Part shown: piece after piece, positions 49,120-60,027 of the stretch | Position numbering within the stretch: position 1 is the first letter of the stretch | How the letters are laid out: the number at the start of each line of letters is the position of its first letter | Source of the DNA: Candidatus Bathyarchaeota archaeon | GTDB lineage: Archaea > Thermoproteota > Bathyarchaeia > Bathyarchaeales > Bathycorpusculaceae | Reading direction: 5' to 3' | Assembly: GCA_963833575.1 (NCBI GenBank) | Contig: CAWHXY010000007.1 | Coordinates: forward strand, 160,001-224,000 | DNA: 64,000 bases | The notes under the pieces: generated by a model | Database searches by the model: none | What the model was told of the DNA's origin: nothing | What the model saw: only the letters and a program-made list of their open reading frames with translations | Made by a program: the position numbers and the translations under genes

Positions 49120-49841
49120 GCCTTTTTTTCATTTCTTCTGCGAACCGCAGGATTGTTTTCTGAGATTTTTTTTAGAGTTAATTCAAAAGTCTCTTCCGGC
49201 AATAATTCCTTTTTTATGAAAACTCCCGTTCTCCCGACTAAGTCCCTCTTCATAAGAGTATGAACTCTGTCTAAGACAGTTTCTGCAGAAATGCCCAAGA
49301 TTTTAGCCGTATATTCTTCTTTGCCTATTATGCTATTTTCCAAATGACCTTTTTCGGTGGGTTCGATAAGCATGAGCCGTTTATCCACACCTGAAACGCG
49401 GATCCCCGCCTTAAGTTGGCTGATGTTTGTTTCTCCGCCGAAGCAGTAAAATTCTCTCTCAACTCTACGCATCTGCATCAGAGGATATGAAACCGTGACT
49501 TGTTCGTTAACTTCGATGTGTGCTTTCATGGCATAGTTTGGGGTGGCTTGAATAACTAAGCGGTTACTGATGGGTATGTGTGCTTTTTCAAGTGCGGTTT
49601 CTACGAGGAAACTGTTCTGAACCTCAGCAATGAAAACATCGATGTCACTTGTCTTCTTCACGTCGCCTCTCGCGATGCTTCCATGTACAACTGATTGGAG
49701 ATGAAATCCCTCTAAGGCAGCCATAACATCCATTGCTTTGCTTCTTAAATCAGTAAGCAGTTGCCAGTGAGCCTTGGTGTATGTTACTTCTTTGTAGTCT
49801 GAGGGTTTTGTAGGCTTGACAGCCATCTTTTCTCCAGCCAT
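49116..49841 (-). CDS. Predicted archaeal nucleotidyltransferase (Pol-beta fold)
   Basis: HGSIARGDV...SDIDV; R.EREFY.FGG; GVDKRL; R...GRTGVF. Confidence 0.88.
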   Translation of the reverse strand: MAGEKMAVKPTKPSDYKEVTYTKAHWQLLTDLRSKAMDVMAALEGFHLQSVVHGSIARGDVKKTSDIDVFIAEVQNSFLVETALEKAHIPISNRLVIQATPNYAMKAHIEVNEQVTVSYPLMQMRRVEREFYCFGGETNISQLKAGIRVSGVDKRLMLIEPTEKGHLENSIIGKEEYTAKILGISAETVLDRVHTLMKRDLVGRTGVFIKKELLPEETFELTLKKISENNPAVRRRNEKKA

Positions 49842-49909
49842 TTTAATGAGTTAGTAAGCATTGTTTATTTAGTTTAACAATTAATCAAATCTTTAACTGT
49901 GAAACAATA

Positions 49910-50848
49910 ATGACTGCTCCCGTTTGCAGCTCTTGCAAAACCAAAGAAGCCTTCTTTCATAGACAATATTCAGGTGAAACGCTTTGCAAAAAATGTTTCA
50001 CCCAATCTATCGAAGCCAAAGTAAGAGCAACCATAACCCGATACCACATGCTCAATTATGATGACCGATTAGCCGTGGCAGTTTCAGGTGGCAAAGACAG
50101 CCTAAGCCTACTGCACATTTTAGCGAAGACCAAGCGGGTTCGACCCAAAACCATGCTCATTGCAGTTACAGTAGATGAGGGCATTGAAGGCTACAGAAAT
50201 GAGGCTTTAGAAATTGCAGCGACTAACTGCAAGCAACTTGAAATCCCTCATCACATAGTCTCATTCAAAGACCTCTATGGTTACACGCTGGATGAAATAA
50301 TCCAAAGGGCACGAAGCCGAGGCGAGACAGAGTTAACTGCTTGCGCTTACTGCGGTGTTCTTAGGAGAAAAGCTATCAATGCTGGAGCAAGGCAAGTCCA
50401 CGCAAACAAGGTTGCAACAGCCCACACATTAGATGACGAAGTTCAAACAGCTGTCATGAATATTTTCCGTGGAGACATCGCACGGTTGTCTAAAGAAAAA
50501 CCAATCACCAGCGAAGCGCATCCGCTATTAGTGCAGAAGATAAAGCCTTTCTGCGAGATTCCCGAGAAAGAAAGCGCCTTATACGCTTATGTAAAAAAAA
50601 TTCAGTTCCAAGATACCCCATGTCCCTATGCTTCTGAAGCCCTCCGAAATGACATCCGCGGCATGATTAACATGATGGAGCAGAAGCATGCTGGAACAAA
50701 ATTTACTGTCTTCAAAGCCATGGAACGTCTAAGACCTGCTTTAGAGGAAACAGCTAAGAAAGAAAAGTTTCGAACATGCACAGAATGTGGCGAGCCCTCA
50801 GCATTGGATCTATGTAAAACTTGCGAGATGCTTCGGCATGTACGTTAG
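49910..50848 (+). CDS. tRNA 2-thiolation protein, TtuA/NcsA/Ctu1 family
   Basis: Zn fingers at both ends, SGGKDS PP-loop, CAYCGV.RR, H..DD, CPY. Confidence 0.92.
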   Translation: MTAPVCSSCKTKEAFFHRQYSGETLCKKCFTQSIEAKVRATITRYHMLNYDDRLAVAVSGGKDSLSLLHILAKTKRVRPKTMLIAVTVDEGIEGYRNEALEIAATNCKQLEIPHHIVSFKDLYGYTLDEIIQRARSRGETELTACAYCGVLRRKAINAGARQVHANKVATAHTLDDEVQTAVMNIFRGDIARLSKEKPITSEAHPLLVQKIKPFCEIPEKESALYAYVKKIQFQDTPCPYASEALRNDIRGMINMMEQKHAGTKFTVFKAMERLRPALEETAKKEKFRTCTECGEPSALDLCKTCEMLRHVR

Positions 50849-51084
50849 GTTTTGCAGCTAAACCCTTGTTCTCTTTTCAGTTTCCGAAGCATTTCTGAGG
50901 CTTCAATCGCATTAGCTGCTGAAACCACTTTTTGTGCACTCAAAAGATCGACGTGCGCTCCGCAGTAAGGGCAGATTTTGGTTTTTTGTCCCTTCGCCGT
51001 TAACATTAAACCTCCGCATTTACTGCATTTCATAATCAATGTCGCAGTCATCTGCTTTTGCTTCCGAAAGCCTTTTCCATACAC
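50845..51084 (-). CDS. DUF1922-like zinc-ribbon protein
   Basis: CSKCG...KTK.CPYCG; true start probably ATG 51051. Confidence 0.75.
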   Translation of the reverse strand: MYGKGFRKQKQMTATLIMKCSKCGGLMLTAKGQKTKICPYCGAHVDLLSAQKVVSAANAIEASEMLRKLKREQGFSCKT

Positions 51085-51119
51085 AGGTTCATAACTGTTT
51101 AGTTAGAGAAGAGCGTGTT

Positions 51120-51482
51120 ATGAATATGGTTGAAGAACAAGCTAAGCCAAGATCCCATTTGTTGGATTTGGCAGTTCAGTACTTTAAGAAGGAAGGTTAC
51201 AAAGTAAATTGTGAAAACGCGGCGCTGGAAGGCCACAGTGGTGTAACAAGAAAATTTGATCTCATCGTCCAGAAAGGGCGTTATGAGCAAGGTGTTTGGG
51301 TTAGAGATTGGAATAGAACTATCGGCGTAAACTTGATTATTGCATTGGATACTTCATCCGAAGATGTTGACTTAGGCAGTCCAATTATGATTGCTGAAAA
51401 ATTCAGCGACCACGCCAAATCCTACAGCAATAGACGCAAGTTAACGCTGCTAACAAGGCAGAAATTAGGCAGCTTCAGGTAA
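51120..51482 (+). CDS. Mrr-like restriction endonuclease-fold protein
   Basis: YF..EGYKV, LEG.SG...FD, FS..A..Y; catalytic lysine not evident (track start 51039). Confidence 0.75.
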   Translation: MNMVEEQAKPRSHLLDLAVQYFKKEGYKVNCENAALEGHSGVTRKFDLIVQKGRYEQGVWVRDWNRTIGVNLIIALDTSSEDVDLGSPIMIAEKFSDHAKSYSNRRKLTLLTRQKLGSFR

Positions 51483-51533
51483 TTAACTCAAGCCTTTAAG
51501 TTCGTATATAATTAGAATTCTTCAGTTTAGACT

Positions 51534-52118
51534 TCATGCTTTAAGATACTGATCAGTAATTCCTTCCCGTTCTAGCATGCCCAGCCAATCCACGATGCCG
51601 CTGTAGCATTTTTTACCTTTTTCTAAAACATCCATGATTTCGTCTGCAACTTCTTCAACGGGTTTGCCTGTAATGTCTAATTCGCAGACTTTTCCCTGTT
51701 GCACTTGCATAGCTTCGATGAGGCAAACGTCGAGGATTTCAGCTGACAAGTTTTCCCACATTTTAGTGCCAATATAACCGCATTTCTCCATGAACTTTTT
51801 AAGTTCTTTGGGGTTTCGGCGTAAAACAAAAACTTTTGTGACAAGCTCGGTTAGAGTTACGGAGCTAGCGTAATGTCCATCAATAATTATGTTGGTTTTG
51901 TTTGCTGCATTTATGGTTTCTGCGAGTTTGGTGCGCATTTTTTCTTCGTTTATTATTATGGTTTTTCTTTCCTTGTCTTCACCTGAAGTTAAGCAATAGG
52001 TTTTGGCGTAGTCCGTGAGGTTGATGTATTCTGCGTTAAGTCTCGCAGTTAAGGTTTTGGCGGTTGTCGTTTTGCCGGTGCAAGGTGTGCCAGTGATGAG
52101 AATGACGCGTTTCTTCAT
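51534..52118 (-). CDS. Archaeal adenylate kinase, Fap7/AK6 family
   Basis: ITGTP.TGKTT, IIDGH, VLR..P, EN..AE. Confidence 0.9.
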   Translation of the reverse strand: MKKRVILITGTPCTGKTTTAKTLTARLNAEYINLTDYAKTYCLTSGEDKERKTIIINEEKMRTKLAETINAANKTNIIIDGHYASSVTLTELVTKVFVLRRNPKELKKFMEKCGYIGTKMWENLSAEILDVCLIEAMQVQQGKVCELDITGKPVEEVADEIMDVLEKGKKCYSGIVDWLGMLEREGITDQYLKA

Positions 52119-52198
52119 GGCACAATGTTGAGGTGGAGAAGGTTTTATCCATTCCGTAAGAATAACGCTTGGTTGTGTGGTTAATTTAATAAATTCGG

Positions 52199-53113
52199 TT
52201 GATGAGTCATTTGAAGAGGAAGAGACTGATTAGCTTGAGCGATTTGACGTTTTACTTGGTTGATGTGTTTGCCCAAAAAAAGTACGCTGGGAACCAGCTT
52301 GCCGTAATAACCAACGCCTCTAAGCTGTCAACGGAAGAAATGCAATCAATAGCTAATGAAATGCATTTTTCCGAAACCACATTCATACTATCAAACGAAA
52401 AACACAACGACGGCTACGCTGTGCGCATTTTTACTCCGTTTATAGAGGTACCTTTTGCTGGGCACCCGACTCTTGGCACGGCATATATAATTAAACATTT
52501 TATAGACCGTGATGCCGTAGAAGTGGTTCTTAACTTAAGGGTTGGTCAAATAACAGTAAGATTTGAAAAAAATGCGGATCAAGAAATTCTGTGGATGAGA
52601 CAGGTTCCCCCAGTTTTCGGAAAAATTTTTGAGATGGAACGGCTTGCGAATGTTTTGCAGTTAAATCCGGAGGCCTTTGACGTTGGGTTCCCTATACAGG
52701 AAGTGTCCACCGGTATGCCTTTCATTATTGTGCCGCTGAAGACATTGGATGACGTAAGACGCGCTCAGATCAATATGAGCAACCTGCTTGAAATGTCAAG
52801 TGAAGTGCGCGGAGGCATCTTGGTATTTTGCCCACAAACCATACGCACGGAAAATAACCTGCACGTGAGAGTGTTCGTCGATTTGGGCGGCATCCCCGAG
52901 GATCCAGCAACTGGATCAGGAAACGGCTGCCTTGCAGGATACCTATCTCATTACCGCTATTTTGGCACAGAAAGAGTTGATGTTAGGGTTGAACAAGGGT
53001 ATGAAGTAAGGCGACCTTCATTGCTTTTGCTTAAAGCAAAAAAAGAAGCTGGGATCATTCAGGTTGAAGTCGGCGGAACAGTTATCTTGGTCGGTGAAGG
53101 CAAACTCGCCTAG
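52199..53113 (+). CDS. PhzF-family isomerase
   Basis: VDVF....GNQLAV, FSETTF, RIFTP..EVPFAGHPT, EDPATGS. Confidence 0.93.
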   Translation: MMSHLKRKRLISLSDLTFYLVDVFAQKKYAGNQLAVITNASKLSTEEMQSIANEMHFSETTFILSNEKHNDGYAVRIFTPFIEVPFAGHPTLGTAYIIKHFIDRDAVEVVLNLRVGQITVRFEKNADQEILWMRQVPPVFGKIFEMERLANVLQLNPEAFDVGFPIQEVSTGMPFIIVPLKTLDDVRRAQINMSNLLEMSSEVRGGILVFCPQTIRTENNLHVRVFVDLGGIPEDPATGSGNGCLAGYLSHYRYFGTERVDVRVEQGYEVRRPSLLLLKAKKEAGIIQVEVGGTVILVGEGKLA

Positions 53114-53162
53114 TCTTCATTCTTGCTCGAAATTCTTATTGCTTCCGACGTGCATGTGCATG

Positions 53163-53480
53163 TTGGGCTGGCGAGTTGGTGTGTGGCTTTCGGACCCAAA
53201 TTGCTGGGTCTGAGGAAACTCCGCCCACGTGTAGAATTGCAGCTCTATGATGGAGCAGCGCGAGAGCGTTGGCAACGGAGCAGAAACGAAACGTCAAACT
53301 GGACCGGCAATGAGACATTTGTGATGTCGAGTGCGCCAGTTTAGAAACGATGAAACGGCCGTCCTGCAAGTGGAAAGGGCAAACAGTCGCTGATGAAGTC
53401 TCTACCTGAAGGCGCGGGTAGCCCGATTAGCCGAATGCCACAATAACAGAAGGCGGGTTACAGCCAGCACACCAGCCCAA
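53163..53480 (+). ncRNA. rnpB: RNase P RNA
   Basis: GAGGAAACTCCGCCC and AACAGAAGGCGGGTTA (P4), CAGAAA, TGAAAC, terminal TTGGGCTGG/CCAGCCCAA helix; ends approximate. Confidence 0.93.
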
Positions 53481-53721
53481 ATCAACTGTACCCCACTAGA
53501 ATTTAGAATTTCCTTGTCCAATGGAAAGCAACAACTGTAGCGACTATGAGTTAGAAAGTTGCAAAAGATGAATGAACCATTCAAATTCTCTATAGATTTT
53601 GAGCTATTAAAGCGCACCCAGAAATAGTCTAAACAACTTAATAATGAAAGTCTGTCTCAGCTACTTTTCCGATAGACAAAAATCCTGTGATTGAATAAGA
53701 AAAAAGAAGAAGAGATAACTA

Positions 53722-54237
53722 ATGTGGAAGGCGAAACTGAAAGACGGAAAAGAGGTCTTGCTTAGATTTCGCAGAATTGACGATACAAATAAGCTCTTTC
53801 AGATGTTTTCCTCAATGTCCGAGAAGTCGCTTGAATGGAGTATGGCTCCATACACAATAGATGTTATAGAGCGATGGATACAAGACACTCCAAACCTAAT
53901 TCCCATTGTGTCTGAATACCAGGAAAAAATTGTTGGTCAAGCGGTCATCCATAAGTATCCTCATCAAAACAAGAAGGGAATTGGAGAGCTTTCCATTTAC
54001 GTACATGACGATTTCCAAAATATTGGGTTGGGAACTGCACTAACCAAAAAGATTCTCGAACTCGCAAAAAAAGAAAAGATGCATAGAATAGAATTAGGTG
54101 TTGTCGCGGAAAACGAGATTGCGCTACATCTTTATGAGAAATGCGGTTTCCAAATTGAAGGTTTAAGCAAAGATAATTTCTATGGTCGAGACGGAAAGTA
54201 TCATGATGCTATCAAAATGGGATTAATATTTGATTGA
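53722..54237 (+). CDS. GNAT acetyltransferase
   Basis: V..DFQN.GLGT.L; N..A..LYEK.GF..EG. Confidence 0.92.
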   Translation: MWKAKLKDGKEVLLRFRRIDDTNKLFQMFSSMSEKSLEWSMAPYTIDVIERWIQDTPNLIPIVSEYQEKIVGQAVIHKYPHQNKKGIGELSIYVHDDFQNIGLGTALTKKILELAKKEKMHRIELGVVAENEIALHLYEKCGFQIEGLSKDNFYGRDGKYHDAIKMGLIFD

Positions 54238-54408
54238 CCTCTAGAAAAGCGCACCAAAAAAAATCGAAAAGCAAAAACGAAACAATAATTCATTATGAAA
54301 AACAATGCGTGCTATAATGCAGGAACAAAATAAAATAATTAAAATGGTAAAACAAAAACAGCGCGGCGCATTAATGAAATAAAAAATGGGTGAGTCCTTA
54401 AAGACCCA

Positions 54409-54618
54409 TTATGCACGCTTATAATAGAACCTTAGGAACGCAATAACCAGCAACAAGAAACCTAATACGGTAAAGATGGTACCGAAACCTGAGCCTCGCA
54501 GTGGAGCACCGTGAATAGTGATTATTGATAGCCCAACGATCGCCAATATTATTCCTAGCACACTCAGAATGATAGCATGCATGTTACGGTTGCTAGTAGT
54601 TTTTCCTTGTTCTCCCAT
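54409..54618 (-). CDS. Small two-TM protein
   Basis: Two hydrophobic segments; GAGGAG RBS. Confidence 0.65.
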   Translation of the reverse strand: MGEQGKTTSNRNMHAIILSVLGIILAIVGLSIITIHGAPLRGSGFGTIFTVLGFLLLVIAFLRFYYKRA

Positions 54619-54962
54619 TCAAATCTCCTCATCCTCCATCATTTCTTTTAATATATAAGCTTATAACGAAAAACTATCTGACTTTTCTACATTCTATATA
54701 AGCAGAAGAAAACCAGAAATCAGTTTTTGGCAACCCCAAGAACCAAAAAAACCAACAATTATGCCCACCTTACAATGCTATATCCGAAAACAATTCAGGT
54801 CGCGAACAACTTTTTACAAAGCACTACCTTTCGCACTGAGGACTCTGTTTTGTACAACAAAACCTGAAAACAAAAAATGCTGTCATATTCTGCTTAATCA
54901 TTCTTATATGATCCCAAATTCCTAATTGTTTAAACTTGCTTCTACGAGCCAAATATAAAACG

Positions 54963-55301
54963 TCAACTACGTCTTATCAATCGCCCTAACTTTTCCCTTA
55001 AGAAGAACATGGTAAGCAAACTTCCAAAAGAAATTGCATAATACAGCAGCATCAATAATGGAAAGATTATTATCATGACGACCAACCCGTAAAATGGAGT
55101 GAGCATTAGAATCCATAACAAATTAATCAAGCTACCAGCAGAAACAAGGGGATAAAAGAATGGACCTATTAGAATTAGAAAAGCAACAACTCCGAACCGA
55201 TGATACTTAAAAGATTTTATTAACCACCAAGACATAGCGATGTAAATTACACAGTCAGCTAACACAAAAATTAAGTAAGCGACTAAAATAGTAATTGACA
55301 C
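54963..55301 (-). CDS. Small membrane protein
   Basis: Hydrophobic 112-aa ORF. Confidence 0.55.
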   Translation of the reverse strand: MSITILVAYLIFVLADCVIYIAMSWWLIKSFKYHRFGVVAFLILIGPFFYPLVSAGSLINLLWILMLTPFYGLVVMIIIFPLLMLLYYAISFGSLLTMFFLREKLGRLIRRS

Positions 55302-55708
55302 ACGTCGTCCCTATTGCTTTATTATATGAAAGATCTTTAAGCTTTTCATAATTCTGTTTAAAAATAAATGCGCACAGATCCGAGAAAATAAGCTTCTAAA
55401 AGCTTATAACTAGACAGCAAAAATAAGAACAAAGGGATTGGAAATGAATGAAGCAAGTAGCAAAAAACTGCTAGCCCTAAGGCGGTTTACTGCCAACAAA
55501 CCAGCCTACAAAATAACAGAAACTTTTTGTAAAAAAAACATAAGCACTTTACATTAATGTTGCGAGCACTCCAGTATTACAAAGCAAAATTTCCATTAAG
55601 GGAGACCCAACACAAGAAATCATAACTGGCTAGCAATCGGCTGAGTCATTGATGGACAAAGCCTTAAGCCCATTAACCATATTCATTTAGAAAACATTTG
55701 AGGGTTAG

Positions 55709-55891
55709 CTATGTGTTGTTTAAGACTAATTTTGCTTTGGATGCCTCATTTCTAACTAGATTAACCTCGTTTTCGCAGTCAGATCTGTTGAAGTAACCTT
55801 CGTTGCATTCAGCAATAATGCGGTTGTCGCTTGCCCTTAATCGCCATCTAAACAATCGAGCATTATCTTTGTACACTTCAAACTGTGCCAT
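55709..55891 (-). CDS. YegP/DUF1508-family protein
   Basis: FEVYKD....FRWRL.A.....IA...EGY.....C. Confidence 0.85.
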   Translation of the reverse strand: MAQFEVYKDNARLFRWRLRASDNRIIAECNEGYFNRSDCENEVNLVRNEASKAKLVLNNT

Positions 55892-55992
55892 AAGAACACC
55901 TGCATCTTAATTATAAAATGCTACAAGTTGCATATAAGGGTAAAACTCTCACTTTGAGTTGTTGTTTCTCTTTATTCTTCTCGGGTCAACTG

Positions 55993-56607
55993 CTACTCTA
56001 AATCGAGAGCTTTCTTCATTCCTTCCAAAACACTTTGTACAATTGTGGGACTTAACCAACTTGCTTTTTTCTTTAGATCTGCCCAATCTTTTTGAATTGT
56101 TCCTAAATCAGCTTTTTTGGTTTTTTGGAGTTCTTTTTCCAAAGCCTTTAATTGTTTTTCTATTTTTTCTTCCTCAGAACGAGTTAGCTTTGCAGCGCGA
56201 ACTTGGTCGCGGGCTTGCCTGAAAGCGTCTGTTACTTGTAGGGAAAAACTAGCTTCCGGCTCTACTGTCTTAACAACATTTTCATGATCTTCATCGTGAA
56301 TTTGACTTGTTGCAACTTGGGTAAAAGAGAACTTGTCTGCATAGCGCTCTTTATTCTCAATGACATCGATGCCGTCAGACGTAATCTTGGCAAAAGTCCA
56401 TTGAGTCCCAAAGGTCATACTGAGAGTAACAAGAGATTTTTCTTCTAAATATGAAATGTTGATGTCCATTTGTTTCTCAGACAATTTCAGAGTGCCCTGT
56501 ATTATGGCTCTATCCACTCCAGAACGCGTAGCATTATCCACTCGATGCTTATAGAGCAATTCTAAAATATCAAGACGCACTTGGTCATCAGATACAGACA
56601 CGGACAC
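55993..56607 (-). CDS. Winged-helix plus helical domain hypothetical protein
   Basis: R..ILE.LY...YLEEK.LV...AKIT.DGID.IE. Confidence 0.75.
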   Translation of the reverse strand: MSVSVSDDQVRLDILELLYKHRVDNATRSGVDRAIIQGTLKLSEKQMDINISYLEEKSLVTLSMTFGTQWTFAKITSDGIDVIENKERYADKFSFTQVATSQIHDEDHENVVKTVEPEASFSLQVTDAFRQARDQVRAAKLTRSEEEKIEKQLKALEKELQKTKKADLGTIQKDWADLKKKASWLSPTIVQSVLEGMKKALDLE

Positions 56608-56766
56608 TCCCTCTCTCTTCTCTAGTTAATTGCTAGCTAACGATTTAATATTTGTGGAAAGAATAATCACACAAATTATTCATTCACGCAGGAAATTGTA
56701 CTACAAAATTAACATTTAGCCAAAATTATTATAGTTAATGCCTTAGACTAGTTTTGGGGGCTTGAA

Positions 56767-56967
56767 ATGTACAAGAAAATGCAAGCTGGAAAAATTTTCA
56801 AAATTATCTGGATCACTATTTCAGTAGCTTTTTTTTCAACACTAATTCTATTTTTGACGCTGAATTTCATTTTCAGTATCCAAATCTATTATCTTGGGAT
56901 AGCTACGTTAGTGCTGTTTTTACCTTTTCTTTTATCACTTGCTTACCTTATTGGCTGTTGGTGCTAA
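56767..56967 (+). CDS. Small two-TM protein
   Basis: Hydrophobic 66-aa ORF with G-rich RBS. Confidence 0.45.
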   Translation: MYKKMQAGKIFKIIWITISVAFFSTLILFLTLNFIFSIQIYYLGIATLVLFLPFLLSLAYLIGCWC

Positions 56968-57103
56968 ACGGACGATAGATAAAAAAATCGAAAAAGAAGA
57001 AGAGCCAAAACGGCGACTTCCAGAAACGATGCCCAAAGATAAAAATAATGGCGTCTAAGATGGAATAAATGCATTCTATATGCTTCTGTAAACTCAAAAA
57101 TAG

Positions 57104-57313
57104 TTAGAGGCTTACTCTTCCAATTTTTCTAAATAGAAAATTTGCTACTAAAGCCACAGCCAAATCCGCAATAATCCAAACTAATAACGGAATATACTGC
57201 AATATCGCTAAGACAGTAAAAATCAACAAAAGAACTACTGCAACTACTCCAACTACTCTCTTTCTTCTGCGAACTCCGTAAGAAGTTAATGTGTCGGCGG
57301 GCATGTCAACCAC
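57104..57313 (-). CDS. Small two-TM protein
   Basis: RRRKR followed by two TM segments. Confidence 0.6.
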   Translation of the reverse strand: MVDMPADTLTSYGVRRRKRVVGVVAVVLLLIFTVLAILQYIPLLVWIIADLAVALVANFLFRKIGRVSL

Positions 57314-57466
57314 TTTTAACTTAACGATTACGAAGTCATTAAAATATGAATCTTAACTTTTTAACGTATTATAAGAACAGATAGCCTTCAAATAAAAGAT
57401 TACAAGCACACACAGACATCAAACGTAATTCAATAACAGACAACCATGAGTTCTTTACAAATGACA

Positions 57467-57715
57467 TCATTCTTTATGTTTTGAATCCTTCAATTTAAGA
57501 CACCATTTTAGTTTAACTTGAACTCTTTGAATTAATCCTTCTTGCTCTAAAGAACGTAAACTGCGACTGATGGAGGAATATTCTTTTGATCGATATTCTA
57601 CAATTCTGCCAAAAACAATCTCAGCAATCTCTTTGGTTGTCATTTCTGGTTTCAATTCAAGAAATTTCAATATTAATTGCTGATTCTTAGACAAATGCGT
57701 CGTTGTGTACCACAA
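57467..57715 (-). CDS. Small winged-helix protein
   Basis: LS..Q..IL..L....MT.KEIA...SISRSL..L...GLI. Confidence 0.75.
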   Translation of the reverse strand: MWYTTTHLSKNQQLILKFLELKPEMTTKEIAEIVFGRIVEYRSKEYSSISRSLRSLEQEGLIQRVQVKLKWCLKLKDSKHKE

Positions 57716-57851
57716 AAAATAGTTAATTTAGTAGTTAATAGCATTTTTCTATTTTCAAAATAAGGACCCGATTCGTATTGTAATGAAAATATTTTAATGA
57801 AACAGACTTCATAATATAGTTCAGGTATCAGTAGCATAGAGAGGCTAAATT

Positions 57852-58061
57852 ATGGCCGTTCTTGAATGCCCTTCCTGCAATGAAATCCTTGAAGCTGATC
57901 CGCCAGATAAACTCCATTCAGCATTCTCTTCAGCTAAGCCAATACCTAGTAGTTTTCATGGTAAAATTATTAGAAAGAAAGTAAGGTGCCAAAACCAAGC
58001 TTGCAAAAAAACAGTCACGGTTTACTGGTATGCTCCCTTGGAATACTTCAACCGAATGTAA
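57852..58061 (+). CDS. Small zinc-ribbon-like protein
   Basis: CPSC...CQNQAC; GAGG RBS. Confidence 0.7.
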   Translation: MAVLECPSCNEILEADPPDKLHSAFSSAKPIPSSFHGKIIRKKVRCQNQACKKTVTVYWYAPLEYFNRM

Positions 58062-58233
58062 TGTGCTTCAAACTTAATTTAGTAATTAAATAGCGTTAGC
58101 TCTATGTGTTGATAGTGCTCTTCTTACTCGTTTATATGCGGTGATTTATTTAAGAAATAACGTAAGAAACCAAAAACTATCGAGTTTCCTCAAATGCCAA
58201 TGCTGGAGACTGGTTTTTCGGAGGCTAAACATC

Positions 58234-58434
58234 TTACCGCCGATATTCAATTACGCGTTTGTGAAAAGCTTTGCATTCTTTAATAACTCTCATGAGTTGT
58301 TCCGGATAGCCGAAACCCATTCCAGATAGCCAAATCAGCTGGTCCAACTGGTCTTGCCGTGATTCTTGGTATTCCGGACAGTCGGTACATTGGTCGGGGA
58401 ACTCATTGAAGCAAGCTCGCTGCATTTCCAACAT
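58234..58434 (-). CDS. Small four-Cys hypothetical protein
   Basis: C...CTDC...C; GGGGA RBS. Confidence 0.55.
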   Translation of the reverse strand: MLEMQRACFNEFPDQCTDCPEYQESRQDQLDQLIWLSGMGFGYPEQLMRVIKECKAFHKRVIEYRR

Positions 58435-58723
58435 TTATCCCCAAAATAACTAAGGAAGCTTCAGGTATTTAAGACACACTCGATAGAACAAACTCAATTT
58501 TAAACAGAATCTACAAATATGCAATCAGCAGTTAACATTCACATTTCTCTTGACGTTTTGCAGTTTCTGAACAAATGTACAGTTATTTGGGTTGTATAAC
58601 TTATTTTTTGGAAATTTTACTCCTTTATCAGCATTTATTTTAACAAATAGGTATTTTTTTAAGTAGCTTCTTACATTACATATTAGGGAAGAATAGCTGA
58701 AAGAAAGATAGCTGGGGAATAAG

Positions 58724-59026
58724 ATGAAAATTCAAGAACCAATTCCTCATTGGAATAACTTCAGTGTTCCTGAGCTGAAAGAGATTCTGAAACATTGTGA
58801 AGCGTTAGAAAGACTTGGTATTGCACAAGATGGAAAAATGATCATTTCTATTGAAAGAGACATTACCTTACGTGAAAAACAATATGTGCATTCTAATTCT
58901 AAACTCACAAAAATAACGCAACAAACAACAAGACCAAACCTCGGCAAAATAAACAAAACTTCAAGAAAGACGATACAACAAGAAAAACAAAAACCACAAG
59001 ACTACTTATTGGAACAGACTATCTAA
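58724..59026 (+). CDS. Hypothetical protein
   Basis: 100-aa ORF with GGGGA RBS. Confidence 0.55.
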   Translation: MKIQEPIPHWNNFSVPELKEILKHCEALERLGIAQDGKMIISIERDITLREKQYVHSNSKLTKITQQTTRPNLGKINKTSRKTIQQEKQKPQDYLLEQTI

Positions 59027-59156
59027 ATATTTTCAAATCATACAGTACTTTGAGAAAAGCGATAATTCAGATTAGTCGCTCTTAAATGCTTTAATGGTTA
59101 CGCAAAGCTGATATTAGATTTTGACAAAAGAAAGAGTCTACAGGTGAAAAGCCGCT

Positions 59157-59864
59157 ATGACAAGAGCACTGTTCTTAATTGATAGTTACCTCAAGGAATC
59201 TGACGGTACCGTAGTTTCTGTTAAAGATGGAAAATACGTAGTTTTGGACCAAACCATTTTCTATGCCAAGGGCGGAGGCCAGCCACATGATACTGGTGTG
59301 ATATTTAGAGGAAAAGACACATTTAATGTCGTTTATGTTGGTAAGTTTTCAGGTGAAATCTCTCATGAAATTGATCATGTTGGTCTTCAGCCAGGCGACA
59401 AGGTTCAATGCGTTCTGAACTGGGAAAGGCGGTATAAATTCATGCGCAGTCATACCGCTGCCCACGTTCTCGCATCGCTGCTTAACAAAGGTACGGGAGC
59501 ACTTATCACGGGCAACCAGCTTGAAGAAGACTATGTACGTTTTGACTTTAGCATTGAGAAATTTGACAAGGCACTTCTGGAAGAATATCTTGCAAAAGCG
59601 AACAATTTATTCGGTACAGACGTTCTTGTGAAATGGTATGAATTGCCTCGGAAGGAAGCCCTAGAGATTCCCGGAATCATCAAGATGGCTGAAGCTTTTC
59701 CACCAAATCTCCCGATGCTTAGAATTGTTGAAATAGAAGGTTTAGACAAGCAGGCAGACGGAGGTACTCACGTAAGAAACCTTAAAGAAATTGGAAAAGT
59801 GGAACTTATTAAAACTGAAAACAAGGGCAAGAATAATAGACGTATTTATTTCAAGCTAAATTGA
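59157..59864 (+). CDS. alaX: Alanyl-tRNA editing protein AlaX-M
   Basis: LDQT.FY..GGGQP.DTG, MR.HTA.H, R.DF, ADGGTHV. Confidence 0.92.
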   Translation: MTRALFLIDSYLKESDGTVVSVKDGKYVVLDQTIFYAKGGGQPHDTGVIFRGKDTFNVVYVGKFSGEISHEIDHVGLQPGDKVQCVLNWERRYKFMRSHTAAHVLASLLNKGTGALITGNQLEEDYVRFDFSIEKFDKALLEEYLAKANNLFGTDVLVKWYELPRKEALEIPGIIKMAEAFPPNLPMLRIVEIEGLDKQADGGTHVRNLKEIGKVELIKTENKGKNNRRIYFKLN

Positions 59865-60027
59865 TCAATGCATTAGTCTCTTAATTCGATCGAAAAATCT
59901 GCTTAATACGTTTTTCAATAGGTTTCATGAAATTTAAAAGAGAATCATATGGAATAACAATAGTAATTGTTATGAAGCGCGATGCATAATTTTAGTTTGC
60001 TTTGCACCGTTATTTGAGGGAAACTAT

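Noticed and set aside
53123-53617. Three short ORFs
   Set aside because: They overlap the RNase P RNA gene
59157-59864. ADGGTH in place of CGGTH in AlaX
   Set aside because: I recall this variant as common in archaeal AlaX-M proteins, so not treated as novel
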